Shown piece by piece: positions 25,739-41,240 of a stretch of DNA of 64,000 bases. The notes under the pieces were generated by a model, which saw only the letters and a list, made by a program, of their open reading frames with translations, searched no databases and was not told the DNA's origin. Positions within the stretch are counted from its first letter, which is position 1; every line of letters begins with the position of its first letter. A program made the position numbers and the translations under genes. Source of the DNA: Octopus sinensis (taxonomy: Eukaryota); NCBI RefSeq assembly GCF_006345805.1, contig NC_043000.1:109306001-109370000 (forward strand), read 5' to 3'.

Positions 25739-26127
25739 CAGACAGATACATACATATACACACTAGTACACTGTAAGTGCATATAAATATACGTGCATTT
25801 ATATGTATCTGTGCGCGTGTGCATGTATGTGTGTGTGTGTCTGTGTGCGTGTCTGTGCATGCACGTATGCCGGTTTGTGTGTGCGTATGTGCAAGTGTAC
25901 ATATATGTGTGTAACATCAACTTCTAGATTTCATTCCTGCCTTGAAGTCTACGAAATTAAAAGATTAATGGATTTTGAAGATTATCAAGATTATTTTCAA
26001 CTTAGGGATTTAGCCAACGATTAAATAGAATATCTTTATTTTCTATCACGGACAAACTTTGTAAAAGTAAGTGGGTGGAATAAATTACAAATGCACTACA
26101 CGTTAATTAATATCATCATCATTATTA

Positions 26128-26205
<78 letters not shown>

Positions 26206-26806
26206 TTTGTGGTGTTGGTGATTCCCTATTTGATGAGGTTTAAATTGAATGTGTGGACTTCCAAATATGCCATTCAAAAACCACATGCATGTACATATAC
26301 TGACACACCCGTCTTCTCACATCACATCTGCCTGTCTATGTGCAAAATGTACTTTAAACACACACACACACATACGAATATGCCAACACGTCAGTTATGT
26401 TTGTTTGCAAAAACGAATATATCGATTTAGAAGACTAAGCAAACAAGAGTACACATGCTGTGCCTTTACATTAAAATTCCCATGTGAACACACGCACTCG
26501 TATTCACATAAATATGCATATGTGAGTGTACACACACATAATTAAGATTCAGATGAATTAGGTACTTAACTTGAGACACCTTGCTAGTTTGGTATAATAT
26601 ACACACACAACAATATTATGTAAATATCAAACTTGTTACATAAGTAGCGGCCGAATGATATTATTGCAGTGTATGTAAACAGTTAGACCCAGCTGAGGGA
26701 AGAAATCCCCTCTTAGATATTCAGACATATACTTTATATTATCTTAAATATACTGTCTATAATATTTACGAAGGCCAAATTCTAGGCTAGGTGAATAAAA
26801 TATGAG

Positions 26807-27148
26807 TAACAGAAAGGTATCACTCCATTACGGCCGTTTCCCACAACTTCTTTAATTGATAAATGAAAATATTACATTTTTGTGAAGAAAGCGTTTTCGT
26901 CAGATGAACTCATGAACTTCAAAATAAAAGACATTCAGAATGGTTTGACATAGTTTAAAATCTACGCAGCAAAAACATTTATATTGCTTCTGTTATTTTA
27001 AACTATTAATATGCTAAATCATTCTGAATGTCCTTTATTTTGAATATCGAATGACGTTATTTTGCACTCAACTGATGAAAACGGATTAATCGATTAAAGG
27101 AGTCGTTGGAAACGGCCGTAATGGACTGACACCTGTACCTTTCTGTTA
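26807..27148. mobile_element. Fold-back MITE with TA ends
   Basis: Termini taacagaaaggta and tacctttctgtta. Inner arms ccattacggccgtttcc / ggaaacggccgtaatgg and aaataaaagacattcagaatg / cattctgaatgtcctttattt. Confidence 0.75.
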
Positions 27149-27346
27149 TAGTTTCGGTACGTTTAAAGTTCAAGGATTCAAATTTCATTTTTGCATAAAG
27201 TATAGTGAAAATCACTGAGACGAAGGATGTACACGAACGGACTAAATGGGGTGGGCAATACTCGCCTACACACGTTATCTCTGTCTGTCCTGTCTATCTA
27301 TCTATCGACAAACACATATATAATATACACACAATATTTATATATT

Positions 27347-27409
<63 letters not shown>

Positions 27410-27425
27410 TACATACATACATACA

Positions 27426-27461
<36 letters not shown>

Positions 27462-30400
27462 CATACACACACACACAAGTGACACAATCCGATGAACGGA
27501 TCAGAATTCTATAAGATATGGAGTAAATATATAATAGACAGTTGTTTATGTTAATAACTCGTTACAAGCTGAAGTGCGCCTCGCTTTACCGAACTCATCT
27601 GACGTTTTCGAAACTCGATCGAACGAGTGATAATAATTGATTGATTGCATGTGTGGCTGTATACATATATATGAGTATACACACACACACATATGCATAC
27701 ATATGCATATACACATATGTGTAATTATAGCTGCTTATATGATGGCAGACATGCATGTGTAGTTGATGAGATGTGAGCGAACGTGAGTTGCGCAGTCGTC
27801 TTACAATGGGATTTCATTGGATGTCGTCAGAAAAGATGCACCTGTACAGGAAAAGGTGTCATTGGCAAAGGAGAGTGTTAATTGCAGGTAACTCAGTGCA
27901 ATTATCGCTGGCGCCAATGCCATCATCATCGTCGTCGCCGTTGTCATCTTCATCATCAACTGCAATGATTTTAATAGCAAGCAATTTCAACCTCCGTCTA
28001 TTTTCGATTTTGATGATCGTGACATGTCCACTGTTAGCTTTTTTGCTCTCTCTCTTCTTTTTGTCCTTTCTCTATTATCTTCCATTCATTCATAATTGCC
28101 ATTGAACGAATCAACGTCCATCTCCACCACAACCCCCAGCTTATCTATGATTATTATCATTGTTAGCAACGACAATTATTATATCATTAACATATTAGCA
28201 AGTACGCTAATGATAATTGCTGACTAAATCCCGGCATTGTTTGCCTCTGTTAAAACACTAAAACGATTTTGGAATAGATCTACTTCGTTAAGCCTTTCTC
28301 AGAGCCAGTGGCACCAAGGAAGATAGATCAGAAACGCGACAGATTAACAAAAACATTTAACGAGGTCTTTGTTTCATATTCTGAGTCTATCTTTTGGAGA
28401 CTGAATTTACCTTTCATCTCTTTGCTCACGATGAAATAAATACTAATGACGAACACTGAAATGTGGTATAACCACTCATGAGTCGCCGGGTGATGAGTCA
28501 ATGTCTCATGCAGTCCATATCTCGAGAAATGTTGTTCATACTGGGTCTACACCCGCGCCATCAACATTCGTCCTAGCACAAGATGAATTTACATCAGACA
28601 TAAATGCTTTGCGGTATTTCTGCTAAATCTTTTTCAACATTCTGGTTTCAAATCTCAGTTAAGCCAAATGAGCAGTGTCTATTTTCGGGGTCGATACAAT
28701 AAACTCCCTGTGAAATACTGAGGACGATGTAATTCATTCAGCTCCTTCCTGCAAATTTGTAACTTTGCTAGAAACAAAACCAACAACAGAATTAACGGTT
28801 TCAAATCGGGGTCCCATTCAGGCGGGGCGGGGGAATGTGATGTGGGTCACCTATACGCCCTGGAAACTAAATAGTCTACCTCTTCCTAATGATGTCCCCT
28901 CGGCTTTTTTGTAGAATCGCAGATATGCCAGATATTCTAGGGATATTCCTTATACTTTAGCGATGCCATCGGCGTAGATAAATGAAGCTTTCAGCGTTCA
29001 GAGCGCCCTCTGTCAAATGTTTATTTCTTTACATCATTTTGCATTGATCAAGCATTACCGCGTAGCTTCGAGATTTCAATGAAATGTTTCTTTATATTTA
29101 AAATGACATTACCGAGCAGGTGTGATAGGCCGGATCTAGACCGTTTACAGGTTAAAGAGCTACCTTTTAGGTAGCAGGAAAAAAATGTTTCGAAGGAGAA
29201 CATTGCTAAACTTACGATTCGTGCGGGAAGAGATGTTGCGATCTTATTAACGACGACAACGACCACGACAACAACAACAAGATAGAGTGCCTTGCAGTCT
29301 CTAGCTACGTCATCGATGCTTTAATCAGTTAAGCAATAAATCAATAGCACCCTATTAATTAACCGAGCTAAGCCAAGAACACGAAACAGGTTTTCGTTTA
29401 ATTCCAATCCATTGTCATTATATTGGGGTTAGTTTGTTGCTCGTATTTTAAGTAAATTCATTATTATGGGACCCAATCCGTGCACAAGCCAAAGTAAATA
29501 CATGCACAAACCTAGACAGACATTGGTGAACACATTTCTACGAAACAGTAAATCTACAATTAATACATAATGCATGAAAATTAAGGAAAAAAGCTAAAAT
29601 TATAAATGTATAGAAATTGAAATCGTCAAGGCACATGTTCCTCACACACCTCCCTCTCTCTCTTTCTCTATCTCCCACTATATCTTTGTAAACACACACA
29701 CATATAAGTACTTATACACACACTCATATAATGCCTCACCATTGATTGATAATTTCAACCTGAGCGAGAAAACACTCATAGACACAAAAATACACACACA
29801 CACATGCATGCATGCATGCATACATATGCGTGTGTACGTGTGTGTGTGCACGAATGGCTAAGAAAAAGAGCAAGAGAGAGAGGGGGAGAGAGAGGGAGAG
29901 AAAGAGAGAGAAATAGGGAGAGAGATAAGGAGACGAATAAGCGCAGCTTCTTCTATATTTGCCATCCGCACCTTTCTGATTTATGAAAATTCTTTCTCTT
30001 GGGAGTGAAAAGTTTTGATAGGAATCTTGGATAGAATTACATATCTTACAAATCCCCGAAAAATACACAGCATCCCAAAATTATATGTGAGGAAGCGGGG
30101 TGTACGAAGACTACGAGTCTAAGGGGTCGCTGGATTGTTTCGATGGAAACGCGATAGACAGAAATAAGCAGCTAAAAGTTTCTGAATTGGAATACATTAA
30201 TGGTAACCCTTCGTTTCAACACAGTGGTTATCGTCAGTAAAGAGTGCCCATGGCTTATGACGAAAGACTCTAATTCTAACTGGACCTGTAGGCGGTGGCA
30301 AGCTGGTTCCGTAGGCCTCTTTGGCTCATAACTGATTCCACCGTGTTCCTAGTCACCATGCCGTTATAGCTAATAACATCTGCAAACGAACACGACCTTG

Positions 30401-30615
30401 TACAATAAACCTTGAACCATAAGAATGATGACGATGGTGGTGGTGGTGATGATTATGGTGGTGGTGGTGGTGATGATTATGGTGGTGGTGACGGCGGCGA
30501 TGATTATAATCAATAATAACAATGATTATCGAATGTCATTAATTATGTTTTATGGATTAATTAATCTGCTACTTTACACACATTTTAACACCACCACTAC
30601 CATTACTACTACTTC

Positions 30616-30663
<48 letters not shown>

Positions 30664-30801
30664 AAGCGAGTGTAGGAAAGAGAGAGGTTGATTAAACAGC
30701 ATATATTATGGTGTTGCTGTGGTTACCATTAAGAATTTATCGCAGTACACTTATTTTCATTACTGAAGCAAAGTTATGAGGGACACTACTGCTACCTGTG
30801 A

Positions 30802-30833
<32 letters not shown>

Positions 30834-30907
30834 CTTTGGTTACTAGAATTAGAGAGGGAAATAGAGTGAGAGAGGAATAGATTCATATGAAAACAACTAG
30901 TGAAAGA

Positions 30908-30947
<40 letters not shown>

Positions 30948-31038
30948 CAGACAGACATAGATTGATGCACACATTTACGTTAATGTAAACCTACGTATAT
31001 TCATACATACACTTACATAAATATATATAACATATTTC

Positions 31039-31091
<53 letters not shown>

Positions 31092-31427
31092 GAGAGAGAG
31101 AGAGAGAGAGAGACAGACACACACACACACCTACACATATATAATTCGTTTTTTCTTTTTATCGATGAAACTCGAAGTAGATAAAACTATAAATAACGTT
31201 TCATTATGGGGTTATGAAGACCCTTTGGATAAAAAAATTCGAAGGCTGCTCGCCCAGTATTTAGACTCTATTAACGTATCTTTATCTAGTTCGAATTAAA
31301 AAGTTTAAAAACGTGTTATTTCACTTCTGTCGAAGTTTATAGTTTTTTTGTGACGTAAACAATGCATCCATGCATGCATGTGTGTGTGTGGGTGTGTGCA
31401 TGTGTGAGTGTGTATGTGTGCGTGAGC

Positions 31428-31465
<38 letters not shown>

Positions 31466-34400
31466 GAGAGGTTCTTGTACAAATCTGAATAAAGACGATT
31501 ACTGGTGGGGTCGTGAGAGCCCTGAAGAAAATAAACTTCATTCTTACGAAGACGCTATAATACATAGAATTTGGTGTCATTTAACCGCTGGTGGATCCTG
31601 TTCAAACAGACAAATGTCTGGAAGTGTTCCAACCACGACTATAAACAGTATATTTAGAACTACGTTATATAATGAATGCTCCTTCATTTTTAAAGGCCCT
31701 AGAATTCTATTTAATAGATATTTAGCTTATTTAGCTGCTATGCTTAGCAGAAAAAGTGATCTACTGCATTGATTGATATGTCATGTTATCAACCCCGAAA
31801 ATGGGCTGGATTTGAACACAGAGTGTGATGCTGGATGAAATACCTCTAAACATTTTTGTCCGACGTGCTAACGATCCGGCCAGCTCACGGCTTCTAATCG
31901 GCTCTTTCCCAAACTGTTAGTCTTATGCCATCTCCAGAAATATCACAAATAGTATCGTAAATGACGAAATACTTCAAACAAAACTTGAAAAGCGGAAGTG
32001 ACGTAAAGGAAACTAAGAACAAAACTGTAACTATGAAGCTGTTCAACTTTAATTTACCGACGCCATAGATGCCAAATGACAAACTTCCGGGAGGCAGTTC
32101 TGATTTCCGGTTGAATCTGATTAATTTTTATCCCTTACATCACTAATAAAATCAGACAGGATATATATGAAAGCCACATACTCCCCACCTCAAACATTTA
32201 TTTTTTTAGAAAATGTCCGGTATGTTTTCTCTACCTTACAATGATTTCCATGAACATAACGTGGCTGTGGGCGGGAATTCCCAGGAAATCATTGTGGTTT
32301 AACTTGTTCCCATTCGCAACATGCTGAGTTATCAAACCCTTCCGAGAAGAGTCCTAACTCAATATAAAGTTGGTAATTTTTTCCCCGCGACGAATTCTAA
32401 AATTAAATAAGCGATATGCTACAGTGTAATGGTTATATTTTCCAAGAAAAAAAGATATGCTAATTTCAAATCCTATAATTGATTTTTAATTTTTCGGTTA
32501 TGTAAACTTTCATTTAATGAAGATATCTTTAGCTTGAGGATTAACCCACGGTGTGAAGGAGGTACATGTTAACACACGGAAGATTCAATCAGATAGAATT
32601 TTCCCTGTGTTAGCATATACCTCTTTGCCACAAAGTAAACTTTCATTCAACCAAGATACCCTTGGCCTGACGAGTAGCCTGCCATATACACCTCGCTTGG
32701 ATATTTACCACTTCCGAGGTTCCGTTCGCTATGAAACATATTTTACCCGGATCTTATTTACTCCATTCTTTAACTCTTGTATTCATATTCACATACCCGG
32801 TAACCCTGGTTGCCTACCGTAAAATATAAAAAAGAACATTTCAATTTATCGTACTTTAATAAAAAAAAAAAAAAAATCCACAACCTTCCATCTCAATAAA
32901 CCACTCTTGTCCCTGAAAGTTGTTTTTTTATATTTACTATGGTTTACTAGAAGCTTTCTTCTTACACCTTGATCCTTGGATCTTATACACACACACACAC
33001 ACACACACAAATATATATATATATATATACAGAGAGAGAGAAGTTAAAGCTAATGTTGAATTGATGTAAACATTTAGCAGCTAAACTCTGATAGTGCTGA
33101 GTTGGAAAGACAGCTTGAAAAGGAAAGAAGAAACAAAACTATTTGCAAGTGACGGTAAAGAATGAAACACCGTTTTCTCGTTTTCAGAGATTTCAAGGCT
33201 GTCTGTCTGTTCGTATATTTTATAATCGATAATTTATGGAATATGAATTGCTTAGCACGTAGGTTTTAGCGAGCTGGAAATTCTCCCGAAGAAAGAATCG
33301 TTTATGACGACTCTTAGAAAACAACTCGGCTTTTCTGATGCACAAACTCCGCAGTTACGTAATGAGTAAGAAGCTGGTCGATCAAAATAGTTTAAGTTAC
33401 AGAAGCCGGATTGTGTCCTTGTTTCCCGAATTTTCTAATCAAATTGAAAGAGGAAAGAGAGAGAGGGGGAGGAGTGCTAGAGATTGACAGAAAGAGATGA
33501 TATTTTCCCTGTTCAAAAGGATTTAAGGGGTACAAATGTAACTGTAGCATCCATTGTTGTTATGAAGGTGTGATTTCATTGTAGTTTGTCTAAGTGGTAT
33601 AACCGATGCTTCATGCACTAATTCTTTTGAGATCCAAGGTAACCCAAGTATACACGTAGATTGAGAGAGAAAGAGAGAGAGAATGAGAATGAAAGAAAGA
33701 GAGATTTACACACATACACACATATATATGTATATAACTATAATCATGTATAAATATAATCAGAAGTGACAGTAATACGAGTAAATGTAATTAAAACAAT
33801 TAGGTAAAGCGCTGAGCATGTCAGGCAACGAAGTTTTCAGTAGAAATTGTTAATATGTCAGCTACAAATATGATGAACAGCATAAGTATTGTGTGCTTGT
33901 GGATATACACAGATGTATGTGCATGTGTGTGTGTGTAATATGTATTTATGCATACGTGCATGCATGTATATACACTCACGCACATACATATACATGTATG
34001 TGTGTGAGCTTAGTAGAACGAGTTTGCTACGTATAAATAGCATGTATTTCTAAAGGCTAATTATGCTGTCTGTGTGTATGTAAAGAAAGACACTCATATA
34101 TACACATGTATACATACATACATGTGCGTGCGTGTATTATATATATATATATATATACATACATGTTATATATATGTTATATATATATATACATACATGT
34201 TATATATATGTTATATATATATATATTATATTATATATATAATATATATATCATATTTTAATATTTTATATATATATATATATACACGCACAAACACACA
34301 CACACACACATATATATATATAAATCTAAACATAGGTAGATACATTTTTCTGTAGATAAATGAACGCCTTGTTCCCACCCACTTGCTATTATCACGGATG

Positions 34401-36873
34401 ATCCACATACACATGTCTATATAATTACACCAACACCACAGAAACACATATATATATATACACACATACACATAGATAGATAGAGAAGGTGTGTGTGTGT
34501 GTATGTGTGTGTGTGTGTTTTGTGAGGTAGAGGAGCAGATGCAGTCATAATCAGAGAAATGATTATGGTTATGTCTATTTGTTCTCAAATATTTCCAACA
34601 TCTTTTTTCGATTTACCTTCTAAGTTTTGTTCTGACTATGATAGCATGCTTTTAACAGCATGAAAACATTAAAACTGTCTTACTGGATAGAAGAAAACAA
34701 CACGCTTTGGCAGGGATAGTTTTTTTATATTCTTTTTTTTTTCTTGGTGGTGGTTTGTTTTGTTCTCATATCTATTTACTGAGTTATCATCATCATCATC
34801 GTCGTCATCGTTTTGTTGTTGTTGTTGTTGTTATTATTATATTATTATTATTATTATTATTATTGATGTTACTACTACTATAACTCCTTCTATTAATACT
34901 ACTATCATTATCATAATAATCATCATTATCATCATTATTGGTATCATCATCATCATCATCATCATCATTAGCGCTCTTTGTTGCTACAATCACGGCAATC
35001 CATCTTTTTCAAAGTTTCCAAGCACTCGCATTACGACCCGTCGAAGCTCACTGTCTCCACCGCCATGTTTGTTTCTCGCAAACAAACGGCGGCATCAGAA
35101 AAAGGAATTTAAGAAAAATAAATCCAAAACATACAAAATTAATTCACACACAGGGATAAAATAAATTCAAGACGGTAAAAATGAGAAATAAAATATTTTT
35201 TTAAATCCCCACAAATATATGTAAAAATGTCATCAAGAAGCCATTTTCAGCCTGCATAGAGTGTGTTGTGGTTGTTATTTAGTAGAATAGTTTTTTAAGT
35301 AGGAAAGTAGAAAAAAAAAAAAAAAAAAACTGAAAGAGGGCTCTTCCGGTGCCCCAAAAAGAGTAATAAGGGACATTTTATGTGGGATTTCCCTCGAATT
35401 ACCCTTAGTGGCCAGCTTGCCATTAGGGATTCATTATCTTGCGTCTTGTTTTAAAAATTGGACCGCAGTGATGCTGAAGAATGCCTTGAAGTGTTTAGTC
35501 GAACAAATAGGCTCTGATATTTATCTCTTACGCATGGAGCTTTATCCTACTGGTCTCTTTTATCGAACCGCTACGTAACGGGGACGAAAAGAATCCAACA
35601 GCGGCCGTCAAAGCGGATAAGCACTGGTGGGGTGGACAAATATAAACATAGATACACACACATCCGTAATATATACGATGGAGTACCATGCAGTTTCAAA
35701 TTCACTCACTCTCAAGACATTGGTCAGAGGTTCGAGTCTATAAAAAAGGACACTTGACCTGCAAAACAAGCTTCTAAATTACCAGCAATGCCAACGTCTG
35801 AAGCCCAGATTTGAAACCGTTACCCAAGCCTTGTGCCTGTAGTAGTAAGGATTCATTATTGTTGTTGTTGTTGTTGAGGCGACGAGCTGGCAGAATCGTT
35901 AGCACGCCGGGCAAAATACTTAGGAGTATTTCGTCCGTCACTACGTTCCAAGTTCAAATTCCGCCCAGGTCAACTTTGCCTTTCATCCTTTCGGGGTCAC
36001 TAAATTAAGTAGCAGTGCCACACTGGGGTCGATGTGATCGACTAGATCCCTCCCATAAAATTTCAGGCCTTGCGCCTATAGTAGAAAGGATGATTATTAT
36101 TATTATTATTATTATTATTGAGTGAGAGAGCAGTGCATGCCATCAAAGTGACACTGGGGTAAAATATACGAAGCCCAATATACCCATCATGACTACCCGT
36201 CTGATAAAGGTACACCAGGCACATGCATCACAACCATATGTGCGCGACATGGTGATCTCATATCAAGATAAACAGCACATGACCTTGCAGGTGGGGCCCA
36301 GTTAGAATTTTCTTCAGGTTGAGTAGCCCATCCCGCTCAAAAGGTCCCTGAATAAGGGTTGTTTAAGGATGTTGAAAGAACCACCCATGTTTCCAGAGGT
36401 GAATTATTCAAACCCCAAAGAATCCCTCTCAACACATGGCTATGATGCTCCCCCACTACTTCTGCTCGTGATCAGAGATGCGCATATCGTCAGCCACTAA
36501 GGGACATGCTCAACTGGTTAAGGTCAAACAACTGACAAGCAAATCTGTGGTATTGAGCAGAATATTTGCTGTAGCCCATCTTTTATACCAAGACTATTAT
36601 TATTATTATTATTATTACTATTATTATTGCTGTTGTCCTCATCATTATCATTATGTTGTTTTGTTTTCGTTTGTTTATTTTTCGAAACATGCTTCTGGTG
36701 AGAGCATAATACTTCAGACATTTTTACAATTTATGACAAGATAACTGCGGCAACAACAACGACAACTAAAGAAAACCGAATTATATTAAGAATGAAAGAT
36801 TGAGGAAAAAATGCACTTGAAAGAGTGAGAGAAGAACAGAGAGAGACAGAGAGAGGAACGGAAAGAGAGGAGG

Positions 36874-36923
<50 letters not shown>

Positions 36924-37850
36924 TGGAGAAAGCGATACGGCTGCGCGTATGTCCTGCAACGCAAACATGGAAGGGAGAGGAAATCTTTCTGATTATGTTT
37001 ATATTACAAATCAAATGATTTACGGTTTACAGAGAACTAGTCACAGAGAAAATTCTACATTTATCCTAAACACCATTTAATAAGAGTTTCCACTGAGCTG
37101 AAGTTGTGGGGCTTTCCCCACCACCTAGATTTGATTCTTTTTAGTTCTTTTCTTCTGATAATGATGAGGGGGAGGGGAGGAGGGGTAGAATGACGATGAT
37201 GATGATGGTGATGGTAGTGGTGGCGGTCGGTCGGGTGGTGGTGGAGCCCCTCCGTGGTTTCATTTTCAAAGTTATTGTTTAATATTGCTTCCAAGCTAAT
37301 AAGTCTTACAGAAACAAACTATTGCGCAGATCTTAAATATACTTGTTGATTGTGTTAAATCTTTGGCGTCGCAACAACCATTAATTCTTCAAATTAAACA
37401 TCGTGTTTTATTTAGCCTCGTCTTACGCTCTCTCTCTCTCTCTCTCTCTCTCCCTCTCTCTCGGTCTCTTTAACTTCTGGGTTCAAATTCAGGCAGAGCA
37501 AGTTTTCATCCTTTATTTTCCACTTCCAATCATTAAACTGTAACCATGCTGGGACACCGCCTTGGAGGGGGTGGGGGGTGGGGCGGAGCGAAACAAATCG
37601 ACCTCGAGACTTATTTTTTGAAAGTCTGGCTCTCATTCTATTGCTCACGTAAACAAACCAACATTGGTTCTTAAGCGGTGGTTTTTCTCACAAGCAACTT
37701 CACTGCTTATTTTGTCGCTGCTACGAAGGGATCTGTCCCCTCGGACAAACTAGTTGCACACTATCTCATTCGAAACTAGTACCAAACACTCACAACACTC
37801 CTATTATCTCAACCGCATCTTCCCCTCTCTGGCAAACACTCACACACACA

Positions 37851-37885
<35 letters not shown>

Positions 37886-38339
37886 CACACACACACACTT
37901 TACTTTGACTTGGTCATTCTTCACTGGCAGTGTTCCCCTCTTTTACTTGGTCACTGGCAGTGTTTCCCTCTTTTAAAATAACATTGAATTTTCAATGCTT
38001 CGCCACTCATCTGCAACATTTTCAATGAATCTCACAAAGCGAAGCGAAATACAACCACTGCATGCGGCTTTATTGATAAATTTGCCGTTTGCAAAACAAC
38101 ATATGTATGCGACTGTGTGTGCGCTTCTGTGATCTGTGCCTGTGTGATGGGCATCGAAGATTTGAGAAAAGAACAGCTGAGCTGATCATTCTGTTAAATC
38201 TATGTGCATCTGGGAGAAGTAGAGAACGTTCCACTTGTTTGAAAAACAAAAATAAATTTGTGAATTAGGAGAGATGTTTAGAAAAACAAAAACACTGCAC
38301 AAAAAACATGCAAAGTTGAAAGTTTCTTTAAGGGTTATA

Positions 38340-38470
38340 TACACATACCACATACATATATATTAATTATATATATGCACATACATACATATATATATAT
38401 ATATTCATACACATATATATGTATATACACACACACATATATATGTATATGTACATATATATATACATGC

Positions 38471-38504
<34 letters not shown>

Positions 38505-38528
38505 AATATATATATATGTGTATATATG

Positions 38529-38597
<69 letters not shown>

Positions 38598-38618
38598 AAG
38601 GCACATACATATGTATGT

Positions 38619-38653
<35 letters not shown>

Positions 38654-38818
38654 TATATATATGTATGTATGTATTTATATAGATATATGCTCACACAGGC
38701 CACCGTACCAAACAAGTCTTTTTCGTATGTATTATTTTGGTTATTATCTGTTTTCTATTACTAATCATCAGCATCAGAATAAGCAACATCATTCTCGTCA
38801 TTATTATTATTATTATTA

Positions 38819-38861
<43 letters not shown>

Positions 38862-38989
38862 GATTATTATTATTATCATTGTTATTTCATATCAAAGACC
38901 AGAAACAATTTCCATTTTTTTAAAGTGCGTAACAATTTGCAGCAACAGCAGTAGCAGTAGCAAAAGTAGTAGTAGTAGTAGTAGTAGTA

Positions 38990-39024
<35 letters not shown>

Positions 39025-39025
39025 A
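38340..39025. repeat. (TA)n, (TAT)n and (TAG)n microsatellite cluster
   Basis: Seen directly in the sequence. Confidence 0.9.
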
Positions 39026-39359
39026 AAGACATCTGCAATGATAATATGAGCAGCAATAATAACCACACAACGACAAAACAAAAACAACAGATAAAGCAAC
39101 ATTATCGACCCCGTGGATAAATAGCTGTTGCCCCTGTTGCTGCTGCTGCTACTGCAGGTACTTTTTTTTTTTAATTTCTATCTAACAAAGTCAGCTTCCA
39201 TGCGGCACAATAAAAACATAGAACCGTACCTGGAAGCATCGCCTTCTTTTTCTTTCGAGATCGGTGTCATGTATTCAATTGTGTAGGCCCTGGAACCGAA
39301 ACCCAAACAGTTGGTCATTCAACCAAAGATAGTATCATCTTTTGCAGAATTAAATTTGC

Positions 39360-39418
<59 letters not shown>

Positions 39419-39683
39419 CACATAAATTCCAGCAGAAATAAGAACAAGCCAGGGTCAATTCAATAATAATAATAATAATAATAATAATGATGATGATGAT
39501 GATGATGACGACAATAATGATGATGACAATATAGTCAGATATTTACATACAATGGACGGTGTTTATGATTTGGTGGATTTCTATAAAATAAAGAAACGTT
39601 TTTCTATTTAGCGAAGGAATAGAAAAGAAGAAATCAGCATCACAAATTAATAACAATAGCAACGATGATGAGGAGGAGGAGGA

Positions 39684-39955
39684 GCAAGAGGTTAAGCAGT
39701 TGTGGTCGATGAAAAGGGTGGTAGTGGCACCAATAATTGTTGGAGACCTGGGAACAGTGAGTAAAAATCTTGAGAAGTATGTGGAACAAATAGGGGCTGC
39801 AATAAGGGTGGACCACTTGCAGAAAACAGCACTGCTTGGAACCGCTCGAATACTCAGGAAGGTGCTCGAAAAATAAGAGGTGTTACCTTAGGTCATTGGT
39901 AGGGAACAACTAACACCGTAGTACATCTCCAGCTAAAGAAGCTTGCAGAGACAAT
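39684..39955 (+). mobile_element. 3' end of an R4/Dong-like LINE
   Basis: EVKQLWSMKRVVVAPIIVGDLGTVSKNLEKYVEQIGAAIRVDHLQKTALLGTARILRKVLEK*, followed by a short 3' UTR and a (TAA)n/(TGA)n tail. Confidence 0.75.
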
Positions 39956-39972
39956 AAAATAATAATAATGAC

Positions 39973-40004
<32 letters not shown>

Positions 40005-40012
40005 CGACGATT

Positions 40013-40049
<37 letters not shown>

Positions 40050-40889
40050 CGACGACGATTATGATGATGATGATAATGATCGATGCTAATGATAATCTTG
40101 ATGATGAAGCACAAATATTAGAAATCTTTTACAGTTGCAAATGGCATGGATGGAGCACACCACTGAGCGCCCTTAATCTGAAAGAAATGCCATATAGAAT
40201 TCGTGCCCAGTTTTGTCGTGTCTGAACTAAGGAACTGCTGTGAGGGAGCCATTTTAGGGAGTAAATTTATCTTTCAGCGAATACGGTCCATTGAAAAAGA
40301 ACTTCATTTAGAAAAACTTTTGATCTTAACGAATTCGCCCTTACATTTATATACAGTTATACTAACATATATACAAACATAAAAATATAAATATGTGTAT
40401 ATACACAACCATTGCCAAAAATTCCTAAGAGTGGCGTGAACAACGACGAAAAAGAATAAGAATATATGTGTATAAGGCAAAATTTATCCTGGAGAACTGA
40501 TAACATAAAAAAAACCAATAAGAAACAGCGTGAAACATCAGCACAAATGGTCCAATGCATCTGCGAATCAACCACTGAAATTAATAATATTGTCAATTAC
40601 CATATTCTGAAGATGCCAATGTATACAGAGAGAGTTCAACAAATTGACCACGAAAAGAAATCTAGTTCTTTGATGCGTTAACTCCAACATCTGTTTCTTA
40701 CTTTCTCTATTTCATTTGAATTAACAGAAAAGTATTTTATATTGTAGTGGTTGAGGTCTTCTGTTTATGTTTTGTAGTTCTGTTCTTTCTTCACAACTTT
40801 TGTTCATAACTTTTGAAATTTGAACAAATGTTATCTCTGCTTAGACATAACGATGGAGTACCGAGTAGAAAAAAAAAAGGGTGGGGAAA

Positions 40890-41240
40890 GCGAATGAATT
40901 CATCCAACAACCTAATAAAAGCAATGGAGAAATTAGTCAGATATAAAGATTTAGAAATAGAGATAAGCCGAATATGAGACCTTAAGAGAGAAACAATTTC
41001 CGTGATAAAGTGTAGCTTGGAGACTGACAACAAGAATAGATGCAGACGAAAACTGAACCAAAAAACTCTAAAAATCTTATATACAAAAGAGTCGGAAGAT
41101 AGCAACCCTACGAGGGACGGCACTGACATTACTAAGAATATTGTGAATAGCATCGAGAAACACTGTATGCAGGTCTGCATTAGGTTGAGCCCCCGCCTCC
41201 AACGAAAAAGGCACACACCAGAGATTATCTCTTCTTTTGA
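40890..41240 (+). mobile_element. Degraded 3' end of an RLE-type LINE
   Basis: KAMEKLVRYKDLEIEISRI*DLKRETISVI resembles the EK..KY.DL..EI..MW....IP motif of the 4990-5725 copy. Confidence 0.5.

Noticed and set aside
29800-29822. Clustered UGCAUG (Rbfox) sites
   Set aside because: They lie within low-complexity (CATG)n/(CA)n sequence far from supported exons, and the motif is common throughout the window.
36120-36595. Microsatellite-flanked 470-bp block as a mobile element
   Set aside because: It probably is a repeat, but there is no second copy, TIR, TSD or coding motif in the window to support a call.
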